Notes: a model not told the origin generated them from the sequence alone. Shown: positions 22,239 to 33,081, counted from the stretch's first letter. The stretch is 64,000 bases of DNA from Alphaproteobacteria bacterium (GCA_965232515.1 CBDDPY010000002.1:224001-288000), one strand, 5' to 3'. Program-made: numbers and translations.

Positions 22239-23182
22239 GACTGTGCGAGCAGGGCAGAGAGGCCGATCAAGGCCGGGTTCGGCTCGGTGATGATGTTGGT
22301 CGGTACGGCCGCCACATAGTCGTGGAACCGGCCCTTGGCTTCGAAGCGCTGACGAAAGCCGTTCGCATCGAACAGGTCGCCCAGATGCGGCACGATGCCG
22401 CCGCCGATGAACACGCCGCCGCGGGCCGTGAAGCTCAAGGCCATATCGCCGGCGAAGCCGCCGAGCATGCGGGAGAACGCGGTCACCGTTCGTGCTGCCG
22501 CACTCGTTGGATCGACCGCGGCCACGGCCGTGATTTCGGCTGGATCGGCGACGACGATTTCGTTGCCGGCGATTGCCGTCATTGCGGCGTGCAGCATCAA
22601 CAGGCCGGGACCGGCCAATAGTTGCTCGACCTCGACCATGTCCTGCCGGCGCCAGACTTCGGCCAGCAGCGCCGCCTCATCCGCGTCGTGCGGCGCAAAG
22701 GCGGTATGTCCGGCCTCGCTGGCGACGGCCTGCCAGCCGCCGTCCGTCGGCAGCAGCGCCGCGACGCCGAGCCCCGTGCCCGGACCCAGCACCGCCATCG
22801 GCGCCCGCGGCTCCGCCGCACCGCCGCCGATTGGCCGCAGATCGCCAGGCGTCAGACAGGGCAGGCTGTGGGCAATGGCGGCGAAGTCGTTCAGCACCAC
22901 ACAGTGTTCGAAGCCGATGGCGGCGGCCAGCTCGTCGGCCGAAAATTGCCAGGGGTGGTTCGTCATCCGCACCCGGCCATCGTCGACGGGTCCGGCGGCC
23001 GCCACGGCCGCGCGGCGCGGCGTGGCTTTCAGCGTCGCCAGCGCCGTCCGCATCGCCGCTTCCAGGCTGGCATGGTCGTCGCAGTGATAGGTGATCACGT
23101 TTTCCGGCCGCGCGCCGGGTTGACAGACCGCGAACCGCGCATTGGTGCCGCCGACGTCGACGACAAGCACGCTGTCCGCCAT
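22235..23182 (-). CDS. glk: Glucokinase
   Basis: DVGGTNARF, LNDFAA, GPGTGLG, SEAGH, FEAKGR. Confidence 0.92.
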   Translation of the reverse strand: MADSVLVVDVGGTNARFAVCQPGARPENVITYHCDDHASLEAAMRTALATLKATPRRAAVAAAGPVDDGRVRMTNHPWQFSADELAAAIGFEHCVVLNDFAAIAHSLPCLTPGDLRPIGGGAAEPRAPMAVLGPGTGLGVAALLPTDGGWQAVASEAGHTAFAPHDADEAALLAEVWRRQDMVEVEQLLAGPGLLMLHAAMTAIAGNEIVVADPAEITAVAAVDPTSAAARTVTAFSRMLGGFAGDMALSFTARGGVFIGGGIVPHLGDLFDANGFRQRFEAKGRFHDYVAAVPTNIITEPNPALIGLSALLAQS

Positions 23183-23197
23183 CTTTGCCGCCAGCCC

Positions 23198-24589
23198 TTA
23201 CACGACCGTCTGCGGCACGGCCTGCAGGGCACCGACGAAGTCGTCGCGCCAGGCCGTTACGTTTTCGTCCCGGACCACCTCCATCAACCGTCGCCAGCGT
23301 TTACGGCGTTCGGCCAGCGAGAAGTTGAGGCCGCGCTGCAGCGCTTCGACGATGTCGTCGACATCGTAGGGATTGACGATCAGCGCGTCCGTCATCTGAT
23401 CCGACGCGCCGGCGAACCGCGACAGCACCAGTACGCCCGGATTGGCCGGGTCCTGGGCGGCAACGAACTCCTTCGCCACCAGGTTCATGCCGTCGCGCAG
23501 CGGCGTCACCAGGCCGATCCGGCTGACCCGGAACAGCCCCGCCAGCGCCCGCTGCGAATAGGCCCGGCTGATATAGCGGATCGGCACCCAGTCGAAGTCG
23601 GCGAAGCGGCCGTTAATATGGCCCGACAGCGCCTCGAGCTCCTGACGAATGTCGTCGTATTCCGGCACCTCGATGCGGGACGGCGTCGCCACCTGCAGCA
23701 GGCTGACCGCGCCGCGGTTCTCGGGATAGGTCTCGAGCAGCCGCTCGAACGATTCAAGGCGGGTTGGCAATCCCTTGCTGTAGTCCAGCCGGTCGACGCC
23801 GATGATCAGCTTGCGCTGACCCATGCTGTGCCGCATGCGATCGAAGTGACGCTTGGCCTCGGCCGACTCGGCCATGGTCACGAATTCCTTGGCGTCGATA
23901 CCGATCGGAAACACGCCGGCGCGGATCGTGCGGCCATAAGCCGTCAGCTCGCCGCTCGGCGTGATGCTGCCGCCGGCCTCGAACATCACATAGTCGTGGA
24001 AGGCGCGCAGATCGGATTCGGTCTGGAATCCGACCAGGTCGTAGGCGAAGAGCGCCCGAACCAGCGCCTGGTGGTTCGGCAGCGTCAGCAGGATCTCGGT
24101 CGCCGGAAACGGGATGTGCAGAAAAAAGCCCATCTTCTGCGCCAGCCCCATGCGGCGCAGCTCTTCGGCGCAGCCGATCAGGTGATAGTCGTGCACCCAG
24201 ATTAGATCATCGGGCTCGACCATCGGCGCCAGCGAGTGGGCGAAGCGCGCGTTGACCCGGAAATAGCCCTTGTCGAACTTCCGGTCGTAGGCCGCGAGAT
24301 CGGTGCGGTAGTGGAACAGCGGCCAGAGCGTGCGATTGGCGAAGCCGTTGTAATACTCGTCGTAATCGTCGGTGCTGAGATCGATGGTGACGACGGTGAC
24401 GTTGCTGACCTTGGAGACATTCGGCTGACCTTCGCCCGAGGTCTCGACGACATTGCCGCTCCAGCCGAACCAGATGCCGTCGTAACGCCGCAGCGCCGCA
24501 TAGAGCGCCACCGCCAGGCCGCCGGCCTGTGCGCTGTCTCGCCCCCGAGGAATGGAAACACGATTCGAGACGACGATCAGTCGGCTCAT
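23198..24589 (-). CDS. otsA: Trehalose-6-phosphate synthase
   Basis: VSNR, AGGLAVAL, WVHDYHL, GVDRLDYSKG, DGMNLVAKE. Confidence 0.96.
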   Translation of the reverse strand: MSRLIVVSNRVSIPRGRDSAQAGGLAVALYAALRRYDGIWFGWSGNVVETSGEGQPNVSKVSNVTVVTIDLSTDDYDEYYNGFANRTLWPLFHYRTDLAAYDRKFDKGYFRVNARFAHSLAPMVEPDDLIWVHDYHLIGCAEELRRMGLAQKMGFFLHIPFPATEILLTLPNHQALVRALFAYDLVGFQTESDLRAFHDYVMFEAGGSITPSGELTAYGRTIRAGVFPIGIDAKEFVTMAESAEAKRHFDRMRHSMGQRKLIIGVDRLDYSKGLPTRLESFERLLETYPENRGAVSLLQVATPSRIEVPEYDDIRQELEALSGHINGRFADFDWVPIRYISRAYSQRALAGLFRVSRIGLVTPLRDGMNLVAKEFVAAQDPANPGVLVLSRFAGASDQMTDALIVNPYDVDDIVEALQRGLNFSLAERRKRWRRLMEVVRDENVTAWRDDFVGALQAVPQTVV

Positions 24590-26376
24590 ATAGCGCTTTC
24601 CCAGCGCTCGCTCAGTCTCATCGCGCTATTGATGATGCCTACCAGTGAATAGGTCTGCGGATAGTTGCCCCAGAGCTCGCCCGTGTCGGGCACAATGTCT
24701 TCTGACAATAACCCAACATGGTTGCGACAATCGAGCATGGCGCAGAAGATCTCGCGCGCCTCGTCGCGGCGGCCCATGGCGCCCAGGGCCTCGATGTACC
24801 AGAAAGTGCAGATATTGAAGGCGGCTTCCGGCGTTCCGAAATCGTCCGGCTGGCTGTAGCGGTACATGTGCTTGCCGCGCAGCAGCTCCTTTTCGATCGC
24901 CGCGACGGTGCCCTCGAAGCGCGGATCCGTCGGATCGACGAACCCGACTTCTGACATCTGCAGCAGGCTGGCGTCCGTATCGGTGCCGGCGAAGCTTTCG
25001 GCGAACATGTTGCGTTCGGCGTTCCAGGATTTCTTGATGATGGTCGCGTGCATCTTGTTTGCGCGCTTGGTCCAGTGCGCCGCACGGTCGCCCAGGCCCA
25101 GGTGGCCGGCGATCTTCGCCAAGCGGTCGCAGGCGGCCCAGCACATGACGCTGGAATAAGTGTGCACCTTGCTCTTGGTCCGCAGCTCCCACAGGCCGGC
25201 GTCCGGCTCGTTGTGCAACTTGTAGGCGCGGTCGCCGACCTTCTCCAGCTGCGCGAAATCCTTTTCGCCGACCGGCCGCAACAGCCGGCGGTCGAAGAAG
25301 GCCTGCGTCGTCGACAGCACGACCTGGCCATAGACGTCGTGCTGCAGGTGCTCGTAGGCCTGGTTACCGACGCGGACTGGCCCCATGCCGCGATAGCCGG
25401 CAAGCGATGGGATCTCGCGCTCGGTAAGGCGGGTCTCGAGGCCGATCCCGAATACCGGCTGCAGATGGCCGCCGTCAGCGGCGCCCAGCAGATTGCGCAG
25501 GTAGCGCAGATAGCCTTCCATGATGTCGATGGCGCCCAGCCGGTTCAACGCTTGCACCACGAAATAGGCGTCCCGCAGCCAGCAGAAGCGGTAGTCCCAG
25601 TTCCGGCCGCTGTCGGCGGATTCGGGCACCGAGGTCGTCATCGCGGCGATGATGGCGCCGGTCTCCTCGAACCAGCACATCTTCAGCGTGATGGCGGCCC
25701 GGATTACCGCCTCCTGCCATTCCAGCGGCACGGCCAGGTGCCGCACCCATTCGCGCCAATAGGCCGTGGTGTTTTCGAGGAAATCCCGGCAGGTCTCGGT
25801 GACCGGTCCGGCCAGGGTCTCGTCCGGTCCGAGGAACAGGTAGATCGGTTCCTCCAGATGGAACCAGGTCTCGTTCAGCAGGAATGTCACCGGCGCGTTC
25901 GTCGTCAGGCGCAGGGTCAAGTCCGGCCCGACATAACGGATATGGTTCGAGCCGTGCGTATAGCGGGGCTCGGTCGCACCGTAATCGAAGCGCGGGCGCA
26001 GCCGGATTCGGATACGCGGGTTGCCCTCCACCGGCCGCAGGATTCGCACCATCGCCATGGGTCGAAAGCGGCGGCCGAACTGGTTGAACCGGGGCGCAAA
26101 GTCGATCACCTCCAGGGATCGCCCGGCGCTATCCGTCAGCAGGGTCGACAGTACGGCCGTGTTGTCGAGATAATCCTGCTCGCTGCTGTCGAAGCCGTCC
26201 ACCAGCACGTCGAACAGGCCGCCGGCGGCCTCGACGTCGCCGTTATTCGCCAGCAGGCTGTTGAAGATCGGGTCGCCGTCGAACCGCGGCATGCAGCACC
26301 AGACCATTCTGGCCTGCTCGTCGATCAGGGCGTTGTAAACGCAGTTGCCGATAACGCCGAGATTAAGATTGCTCAA
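24586..26376 (-). CDS. Glycoside hydrolase family 15 (trehalase/glucoamylase-like)
   Basis: TTSVPE, RNWDYRFCWLRD, GLWELR, GLLSED, GNYPQTYS; TTG start. Confidence 0.92.
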   Translation of the reverse strand: MSNLNLGVIGNCVYNALIDEQARMVWCCMPRFDGDPIFNSLLANNGDVEAAGGLFDVLVDGFDSSEQDYLDNTAVLSTLLTDSAGRSLEVIDFAPRFNQFGRRFRPMAMVRILRPVEGNPRIRIRLRPRFDYGATEPRYTHGSNHIRYVGPDLTLRLTTNAPVTFLLNETWFHLEEPIYLFLGPDETLAGPVTETCRDFLENTTAYWREWVRHLAVPLEWQEAVIRAAITLKMCWFEETGAIIAAMTTSVPESADSGRNWDYRFCWLRDAYFVVQALNRLGAIDIMEGYLRYLRNLLGAADGGHLQPVFGIGLETRLTEREIPSLAGYRGMGPVRVGNQAYEHLQHDVYGQVVLSTTQAFFDRRLLRPVGEKDFAQLEKVGDRAYKLHNEPDAGLWELRTKSKVHTYSSVMCWAACDRLAKIAGHLGLGDRAAHWTKRANKMHATIIKKSWNAERNMFAESFAGTDTDASLLQMSEVGFVDPTDPRFEGTVAAIEKELLRGKHMYRYSQPDDFGTPEAAFNICTFWYIEALGAMGRRDEAREIFCAMLDCRNHVGLLSEDIVPDTGELWGNYPQTYSLVGIINSAMRLSERWESAI

Positions 26377-26394
26377 ACCGTCCTGCCCCCTGTG

Positions 26395-27162
26395 TCAGGA
26401 TGTCTGCCGCTCGCCTTCGCGGAAGGTCTTCAGCCATTCATATAGCGCGGCGATGTCTTTGATTCGCAAGCGCGCCGCCGATGGCGTGCGATCGCCGACA
26501 ACGACGGAGATGCCGTCATGGTCGTTGACCACGGCAAAGCCGTGCTCGTCGGTCACGTCGTCGCCGACGAAGACCGGTGTCCGGCCGGCGAACGGCGGCG
26601 CCGACATGAAGGCCATCACGGCATCGCCTTTGTCGCCGCCGACCGGCTTCAGTTCGAACACCATCTTGCCGGCCTGAACTTCCAGCCGGCCGTCGCTGGC
26701 GGCCGCCAGCGATCCGATGATCTCTTCGCAGGCCGATGCCTGTTCCGGCGCCCGGCGATAGTGCAGCGCCAGGCTCAGACCTTTGTCTTCCAGATGAATG
26801 TTGATGTTGGTGGCGGCGAAAGCCTGCAGCCGTTCGCGGGCGGCGGCGATATCGCCGGCGCCGCTGTCGCAGCGGTGCATGTGTCCATCGGGGGTGCGCC
26901 GCTCCAGGCCATGCAGGCCGGCGACAGCCGCGACGGCGCCGCCGAGGAAGCGGTCGATGTCGGCGATCGGCCGGCCGGATACCACGGCCAGCGCGCCGTC
27001 CAGATAACGCGCCACGCCATCGAGCAGTTGCCCGAGCGACGGGTCGACGACAATGCTCTCCGGCGTTTCCGCGATCTCGACCAGCGTGCCGTCGAAATCG
27101 AGGAACAGCGCCCAGTCCTTGCCGGGTTGCGGTAGCCGGTTCTCGCCCACTTGCATAAACAC
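26395..27162 (-). CDS. otsB: Trehalose-6-phosphate phosphatase
   Basis: HAD motifs FLDFDGTL, VSGR, GDDVTDE; start GTG 27162 or ATG 27156. Confidence 0.94.
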   Translation of the reverse strand: MFMQVGENRLPQPGKDWALFLDFDGTLVEIAETPESIVVDPSLGQLLDGVARYLDGALAVVSGRPIADIDRFLGGAVAAVAGLHGLERRTPDGHMHRCDSGAGDIAAARERLQAFAATNINIHLEDKGLSLALHYRRAPEQASACEEIIGSLAAASDGRLEVQAGKMVFELKPVGGDKGDAVMAFMSAPPFAGRTPVFVGDDVTDEHGFAVVNDHDGISVVVGDRTPSAARLRIKDIAALYEWLKTFREGERQTS

Positions 27163-27175
27163 ACCACTTACGACG

Positions 27176-27197
27176 GTAACCGTTTAGTTAAGGTTAC
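27176..27197. promoter_or_regulatory. Palindrome GTAACC-N10-GGTTAC upstream of otsB
   Basis: Perfect 6-bp inverted repeat 14 bp from the otsB start. Confidence 0.4.
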
Positions 27198-27611
27198 GAT
27201 TCACCCGCCTCACAGGCCGCGGCACCGCGACGATTTTTCGGTGCCACAGGTACTCAAATCGATCGCCGATGTCGAGCCGCCGTGACGTGCTTCACCGATG
27301 GTTGAATTGCGGACATTAAGAAAATCTTGTGGGCGCGTTTGGGGCTGCTAGACTGACCGCGACGTTGTCGATAAGCGAAAAATAGCGGCACAAAGCCGCT
27401 TAGTCGCACGGCTTTGGGAGGCTGAGCTGCGTCATTGTTACAGCAATGCCGGACGACGGTTTGTGTCGGCCTCCGTTGGTATGTCTGCCCCATGACAAAT
27501 CGCGGAAAACAAAATAATGACACACGCGCTGATCGGGCACGCCCGAACCTCGACGATTGCCGTTTACAGGGCTGATCAGGATTTTTCGGGGACTGCCGCG
27601 GAGGCGCGGCG

Positions 27612-28220
27612 ATGATCGTCTTTCCCGCACTGCCGACCCGCAACTTCCGTATGAACGTGGTCTATGCCGCGCCCGCGCTCAGCACGGGAGATTGCGACCG
27701 CATTCGCGGATCCGCCAAGGACGATGCGTGGGAGGCCGGTCTCGTCGGCTCGAAGCAGAACGGCAAGTCCGGGTTCGCGGCCAAGGCGAACGTCCGCAGC
27801 ATGCAGCAGCAGCCGTTGCCGCTCGGCAACCAGGGCTATCCGCTGGGGCCTCTCGCGCACCACATCTGCAACGTGAACGGCGAGCATTGGGGCTTCGATC
27901 TCAGCGGCTTCGTCGCCGACGACCATCCCTGGATCATGAGATATTCGGAGACGAACCGGGATCACTACGACTGGCATGTCGACATCGGCAAATCGGTGAA
28001 CGCCTCGCGCAAGCTCGGCTTCACCTTGCAGCTTTCCGAGTCCGACGACTACGAGGGCGGCGATCTCGAGTTCCTGAACCTGAACATGGAACGCGAGACA
28101 TTACGGCGGAAGTCGACGCTGATCGTCTTTCCGGCCTACTGGACGCACCGGGTAACGCCGGTGACGCGCGGCACGCGCTACGCCGTGGTCGGCTGGGTGC
28201 ACGGACCGAGCTTCCGCTGA
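27612..28220 (+). CDS. 2OG-Fe(II) oxygenase, PKHD/prolyl-hydroxylase-like
   Basis: HYDWHVD (HxD), RKL...LQLS...YEGGDL, HRVTPVTRGTR; GGAGG RBS. Confidence 0.9.
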   Translation: MIVFPALPTRNFRMNVVYAAPALSTGDCDRIRGSAKDDAWEAGLVGSKQNGKSGFAAKANVRSMQQQPLPLGNQGYPLGPLAHHICNVNGEHWGFDLSGFVADDHPWIMRYSETNRDHYDWHVDIGKSVNASRKLGFTLQLSESDDYEGGDLEFLNLNMERETLRRKSTLIVFPAYWTHRVTPVTRGTRYAVVGWVHGPSFR

Positions 28221-28807
28221 TGTCGACGGCGACGAAGGATCACGCCGCCGTATTCGCCCGGCACCGCTATCTGGTGCTGCCGGGCTTCGTGGCCAAGCCG
28301 ATCTGCAATTTCCTGGCGAACTACATATTCATTCTCGATTCCGCCGGTCATATGGAACCGGACAACCACGGCCAAGGCGTCTATGCGGCGAACGGATTCG
28401 AGACCCTGATGGTGATGATGAGCGGACCGCTGTCCAAGGCGCTGGGTATCCGGCTGCTGCCGACCTATTCCTACGCCCGGGTCTATCGGACCGGCGACGA
28501 TCTGATCCCGCACACCGACCGGCCGGAATGCGAGATCAGCGTCTCGATTACGCTCGGCTACGAATCCGACACGCTCTGGCCGATCTATATGGGTGCGCCG
28601 ACCAACAATCCGCGTCCGGTGACGCTCGATATCGGCGATGTCGTCGTCTACCGCGGCATCGAGGTGCCGCATTTCCGCAAAGCCTTCGAAGGCCAATGGC
28701 ATATGCAGGCCTTCGTGCACTATGTCGATGCCAGCGGCCCGAACGCGCACCTGAAGTTCGACGGCCGCGCAAACGTCGGCACGCCGCCGGCGGCGGCCAA
28801 TCAGTAG
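28220..28807 (+). CDS. Second 2OG-Fe(II) oxygenase-like protein
   Basis: PTYSYARVY, HTDRPECEIS (HxD), GDVVVYRG...H.R, FVHYVD; ATG overlaps the upstream stop (TGATG). Confidence 0.82.
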   Translation: MSTATKDHAAVFARHRYLVLPGFVAKPICNFLANYIFILDSAGHMEPDNHGQGVYAANGFETLMVMMSGPLSKALGIRLLPTYSYARVYRTGDDLIPHTDRPECEISVSITLGYESDTLWPIYMGAPTNNPRPVTLDIGDVVVYRGIEVPHFRKAFEGQWHMQAFVHYVDASGPNAHLKFDGRANVGTPPAAANQ

Positions 28808-28825
28808 CCTGGTCGCGATGCGGGT

Positions 28826-29647
<822 letters not shown>

Positions 29648-29719
29648 GACTGTGATCCAACCTGCGCCGGGTTCGGGACGGCCCGTCGGACGGACCGCCC
29701 CGCATACCGGCTTACCTGA

Positions 29720-31000
29720 CTACCAGCCGAGCCACTCGGGCTTGCGCGGCACTTCGATTTCGGCGATCTGCGTCATGCCGATGTTGCCGTTGGCCAGTAG
29801 GTCTTCGACGGCGCCGTCCGTCGAGCCCTTGACGTTGCCGCGGAAGACGCGCACGCGGTTGATGCCGCGATGGTCCTCGGCGGTCCAGGTGCCCGGGCCG
29901 CAGACGCCTTCAACGCCGGTCGGCGACCAGTTGTCCTGGGCGTACATGGCCTTCTTGATGTTCTCACCGGTGATGCCGCCCGGCATCTTGTCGGCCGCTT
30001 CCATCGCCGCCTTCAGGTAGAACACCGAGCAGACGCCGGCGGTGTAGTGGATCGGACGGAACAGATTGCCGCTCGGATCCGACATCTTCGAGACTTCCTT
30101 GATGGTCTTCATGCCCGGCACGTGGTCGTCTTTCCAGCCCGGCACGGCCACTACCCAGACCATGCCGTCGGCCCCGGGGCCGGTCGCCTTCAGGCTGTTC
30201 TCGTCCATCGACCAGACGTTGCCCATGAACTGGGCCTCGACGCCAACGGTCTCGCACGAGCGCAGAAGCGCGATGGTCGAGCCGGCGGTGTTTGCCAGGA
30301 ACGCATAGTCGGCGCCGGATTCCTTGATCGTCAGGCACTGAGCCTTGAAGTCGCCGCCGCGCATCGAATATTGCACCGCCGGCAGCACCTCGAAGCCGAG
30401 ATCCTTCGCCAGGGCCTCGCCGGCCGCCTTCGGGGCGTTCGGATAGGGGTGGTTGTCGCCGACATGCACGTACTTCGCCGTGCCCGACTTGCCCTGCTTT
30501 TTCCAGTCGTCAGCCGCCCACTGCACCAGCGCGCGCACGCCGTCGGAATAGGACGGACCGGTGAAGAAGTTGAACGGCGTCGCCTTCTTGGTGTTCGGGC
30601 CCTTGCCGGTGGGATCGGTCAGGTGGGCCGAAAACGACATCGAGTAGTACGGCACCTTGTCCTTGGTAACGAAGCCGACCAGCGCCTCGGTGTCGGCCGT
30701 GCCCCAACCGAGGACGGCGGTGACGTCCTGCTGCTTCCAGCGCTTGTAGGCGGCGATGGCGGCCGGCGCCTTGTAGGAGTAGTCGAGGTTGTCGACCTTG
30801 ATCTGCCTGCCGTTGATGCCGCCGTGCTTGTTGATGTAGTCCAGCGCGTCGATCTTGCCCTGGCCCGAGAACTTGCCGACGCCAGAGGTCGCGCCGGTCA
30901 TGTCGTAGAGGTTGCCGACAAAGATGTCTTCGGCGCTCGCCGTCGCGGCCCAGGCCGCGAGCGCGGTGCCCGCCAGCAGTGAAACCAAACCGTATCGCAT
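29720..31000 (-). CDS. Liv-type ABC substrate-binding protein
   Basis: Signal peptide, GGINGR, GWGTADTEAL; operon context. Confidence 0.9.
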   Translation of the reverse strand: MRYGLVSLLAGTALAAWAATASAEDIFVGNLYDMTGATSGVGKFSGQGKIDALDYINKHGGINGRQIKVDNLDYSYKAPAAIAAYKRWKQQDVTAVLGWGTADTEALVGFVTKDKVPYYSMSFSAHLTDPTGKGPNTKKATPFNFFTGPSYSDGVRALVQWAADDWKKQGKSGTAKYVHVGDNHPYPNAPKAAGEALAKDLGFEVLPAVQYSMRGGDFKAQCLTIKESGADYAFLANTAGSTIALLRSCETVGVEAQFMGNVWSMDENSLKATGPGADGMVWVVAVPGWKDDHVPGMKTIKEVSKMSDPSGNLFRPIHYTAGVCSVFYLKAAMEAADKMPGGITGENIKKAMYAQDNWSPTGVEGVCGPGTWTAEDHRGINRVRVFRGNVKGSTDGAVEDLLANGNIGMTQIAEIEVPRKPEWLGW

Positions 31001-31086
31001 TGCGTTTTTCTCCCTTCAGTGTTGGCTTAGGCGATTGCCCCCGAGGTCAAGTCTGTTGTCGTTCGTTCCCCTCGCATCAGGTCGCA

Positions 31087-32184
31087 TCAATAGGAGAACG
31101 GGTAGAGCTTCCAATAAGCCTTGATCAGCCGCCATCGGTGCGCCAGCCCGTCCGGCTCGAAGATCAGGAACAGGATGATCGCCAGGCCGATCGCCATCTC
31201 CTTGAAATAGGCGAGACCGTCGCGCAGCCAAGGTGCATTGCCCCAATCGGTCTTCCCGACCGTGCTGACGGCGTGCTCCATGATCTCCGGCAGCAGCACC
31301 AGGAACGCCGTGCCCATCAGCGAGCCCATGATCGAGCCCAGGCCGCCGATGATGATCATGCCGAGGAACTGGATCGACAGCAGAATGTCGAAGCCCTCGA
31401 CCGAGACGAAGCTGAGATAGTGGCCCCACAGCGCGCCGCCGATGCCGGCATAGAAGGACGAGATGCCGAACGACAGGATGCGGTACTTCGTCAGGTTGAT
31501 GCCCATCATCTCGGCCGAGAGATAATGGTCGCGCACGGCGATCATCGCCCGCCCGTCGCGCGTCCGCATCAGATTGGCGGCCAGCGCATACATGACCACG
31601 ACATAGGCCAGCACGACGTAGATGTAACTCCGGTCGCCGAGGACCTCGTAGCCGAACATCGAGAACGAGTTGGCGAGCGCACCCGCCGTGCCGCCGGTGA
31701 ACCATTCGGCGCGGGCGAAGAAGTCCTCCAGGATGAACTGCGAGGCCAGCGTGGCGATGGCGAGATAAAGCCCCTTGATGCGTGCCGCCGGGATGCCGAC
31801 GATCATGCCGACGGCCGTCGTCATCAGGCCGGCCAGCGGAATGCTCCAGAAGACCGGAATCTCGAAGCTGTTGTTGATCCAGGCCGACGCGAAAGCGCCG
31901 AAGCCGAAGAAGGCGCTGTGGCCGAGCGAGATCTGGCCAGAGAAGCCGACCAGGATGTTCAGGCCCAACGCCGCGATGCCGAAGATGCCGATGGTGATCA
32001 GCATGCTGAGCGCATATTCGCTGATCAGGTACTCGCCGCCGAACGACATCTGCGGCAGCAGCAGCATGAGCGCCACGCCCAGCACCAGGAACCATCGCGA
32101 CATGCGCGACGGCATGATCGTCATGTCGGCGCGGTAGCTGGTGTGGAATTCGCCGGAGGGAAGGGGCGTGCCCGCGGTGGCCAT
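31087..32184 (-). CDS. Liv-type ABC permease (LivM-like)
   Basis: GLNILVGFSGQISLGH, GLYLAIATLA, IIGGLGS. Confidence 0.93.
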   Translation of the reverse strand: MATAGTPLPSGEFHTSYRADMTIMPSRMSRWFLVLGVALMLLLPQMSFGGEYLISEYALSMLITIGIFGIAALGLNILVGFSGQISLGHSAFFGFGAFASAWINNSFEIPVFWSIPLAGLMTTAVGMIVGIPAARIKGLYLAIATLASQFILEDFFARAEWFTGGTAGALANSFSMFGYEVLGDRSYIYVVLAYVVVMYALAANLMRTRDGRAMIAVRDHYLSAEMMGINLTKYRILSFGISSFYAGIGGALWGHYLSFVSVEGFDILLSIQFLGMIIIGGLGSIMGSLMGTAFLVLLPEIMEHAVSTVGKTDWGNAPWLRDGLAYFKEMAIGLAIILFLIFEPDGLAHRWRLIKAYWKLYPFSY

Positions 32185-32187
32185 GGC

Positions 32188-33081
32188 TCAGACCCTCTCG
32201 ATGTCCTTGGTGCCGAACAGCCCGTAGGGCTTCACCATCAAAATGATGATCAGCACGTAGAACGGCGCCACGGTGTACATGTTGCCCCAGTTCAGGAACT
32301 CGCTGTCGACGAACTGCGCCAGGTTCTCCAGCACGCCGATGATCAGGCCGCCGATGATCGAACCGATGACCGAGTCGAGGCCGCCGACGATCACGGCCGG
32401 GAACACCTTGATGCCGAACAGCGAGATGATCGACGAGACGCCATTGACGATGCCGACGACGACGCCGGCCAGCGCCGAGACCATGGCCGAGATCGCCCAG
32501 GAGATGGCGAAGACCTGCTTGATCGAGACGCCCATGCTCTGCGCCACCTGCTGGTCGAAGGCGGTCGCCCGCATGGCCAGGCCCATGCGCGAGAACTTAA
32601 AGAACCAGGCGAAGCCCAGCATGATCATGATCGAGATGATCAGGCTCATGATGTAGACGGGCTCGACGTCGAGGCCGAAGACGTTCACCCGCTCGGTCTC
32701 GAAAATCTGCGGATAGGGTTTTACGAACACGCCGAACAGCCAGCGCATCAGCGCCTGGAAGAAGATCGACAGGCCGACCGTGACCATGATGATCGAGATG
32801 ATCGGCTCGCCGATCAGCGGCCGCAGCACGACGACCTGGATCAGCACGCCGAAGATCAGCATGAAGATCAGCGTCGCCGGGAAGCCGACCCAGAACGGCA
32901 AACCCAGGTCGGTCATCACCCACCAGCAGACCCAGGCGCCGACCAGCAGAAACTCGCCCTGCGCGAAGTTCACGACCTGCGTCGCCTTGTAGATCAGCAC
33001 GAAGCACATGGCGACGACGCCATAGAGCGCGCCGACGATCAGGCCGTTGACCAGAAGCTGTATCAGTAGGGATGTGTTCAT
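32188..33081 (-). CDS. Liv-type ABC permease (LivH-like)
   Basis: VVNFAQGE, GLAMRATA, KPYGLFG. Confidence 0.93.
   Translation of the reverse strand: MNTSLLIQLLVNGLIVGALYGVVAMCFVLIYKATQVVNFAQGEFLLVGAWVCWWVMTDLGLPFWVGFPATLIFMLIFGVLIQVVVLRPLIGEPIISIIMVTVGLSIFFQALMRWLFGVFVKPYPQIFETERVNVFGLDVEPVYIMSLIISIMIMLGFAWFFKFSRMGLAMRATAFDQQVAQSMGVSIKQVFAISWAISAMVSALAGVVVGIVNGVSSIISLFGIKVFPAVIVGGLDSVIGSIIGGLIIGVLENLAQFVDSEFLNWGNMYTVAPFYVLIIILMVKPYGLFGTKDIERV

Noticed and set aside
27492-27575. 27-codon ORF as a RiPP precursor for the oxygenase pair
   Set aside because: No RBS, no leader/core pattern, and no peptidase or exporter nearby.
27557-28807. 416-aa ORF suggesting a fused or frameshifted oxygenase
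   Set aside because: The first ~220 codons are an Arg-rich alternative frame of the 27612 gene; the real protein begins at ATG 28220 by TGATG coupling.
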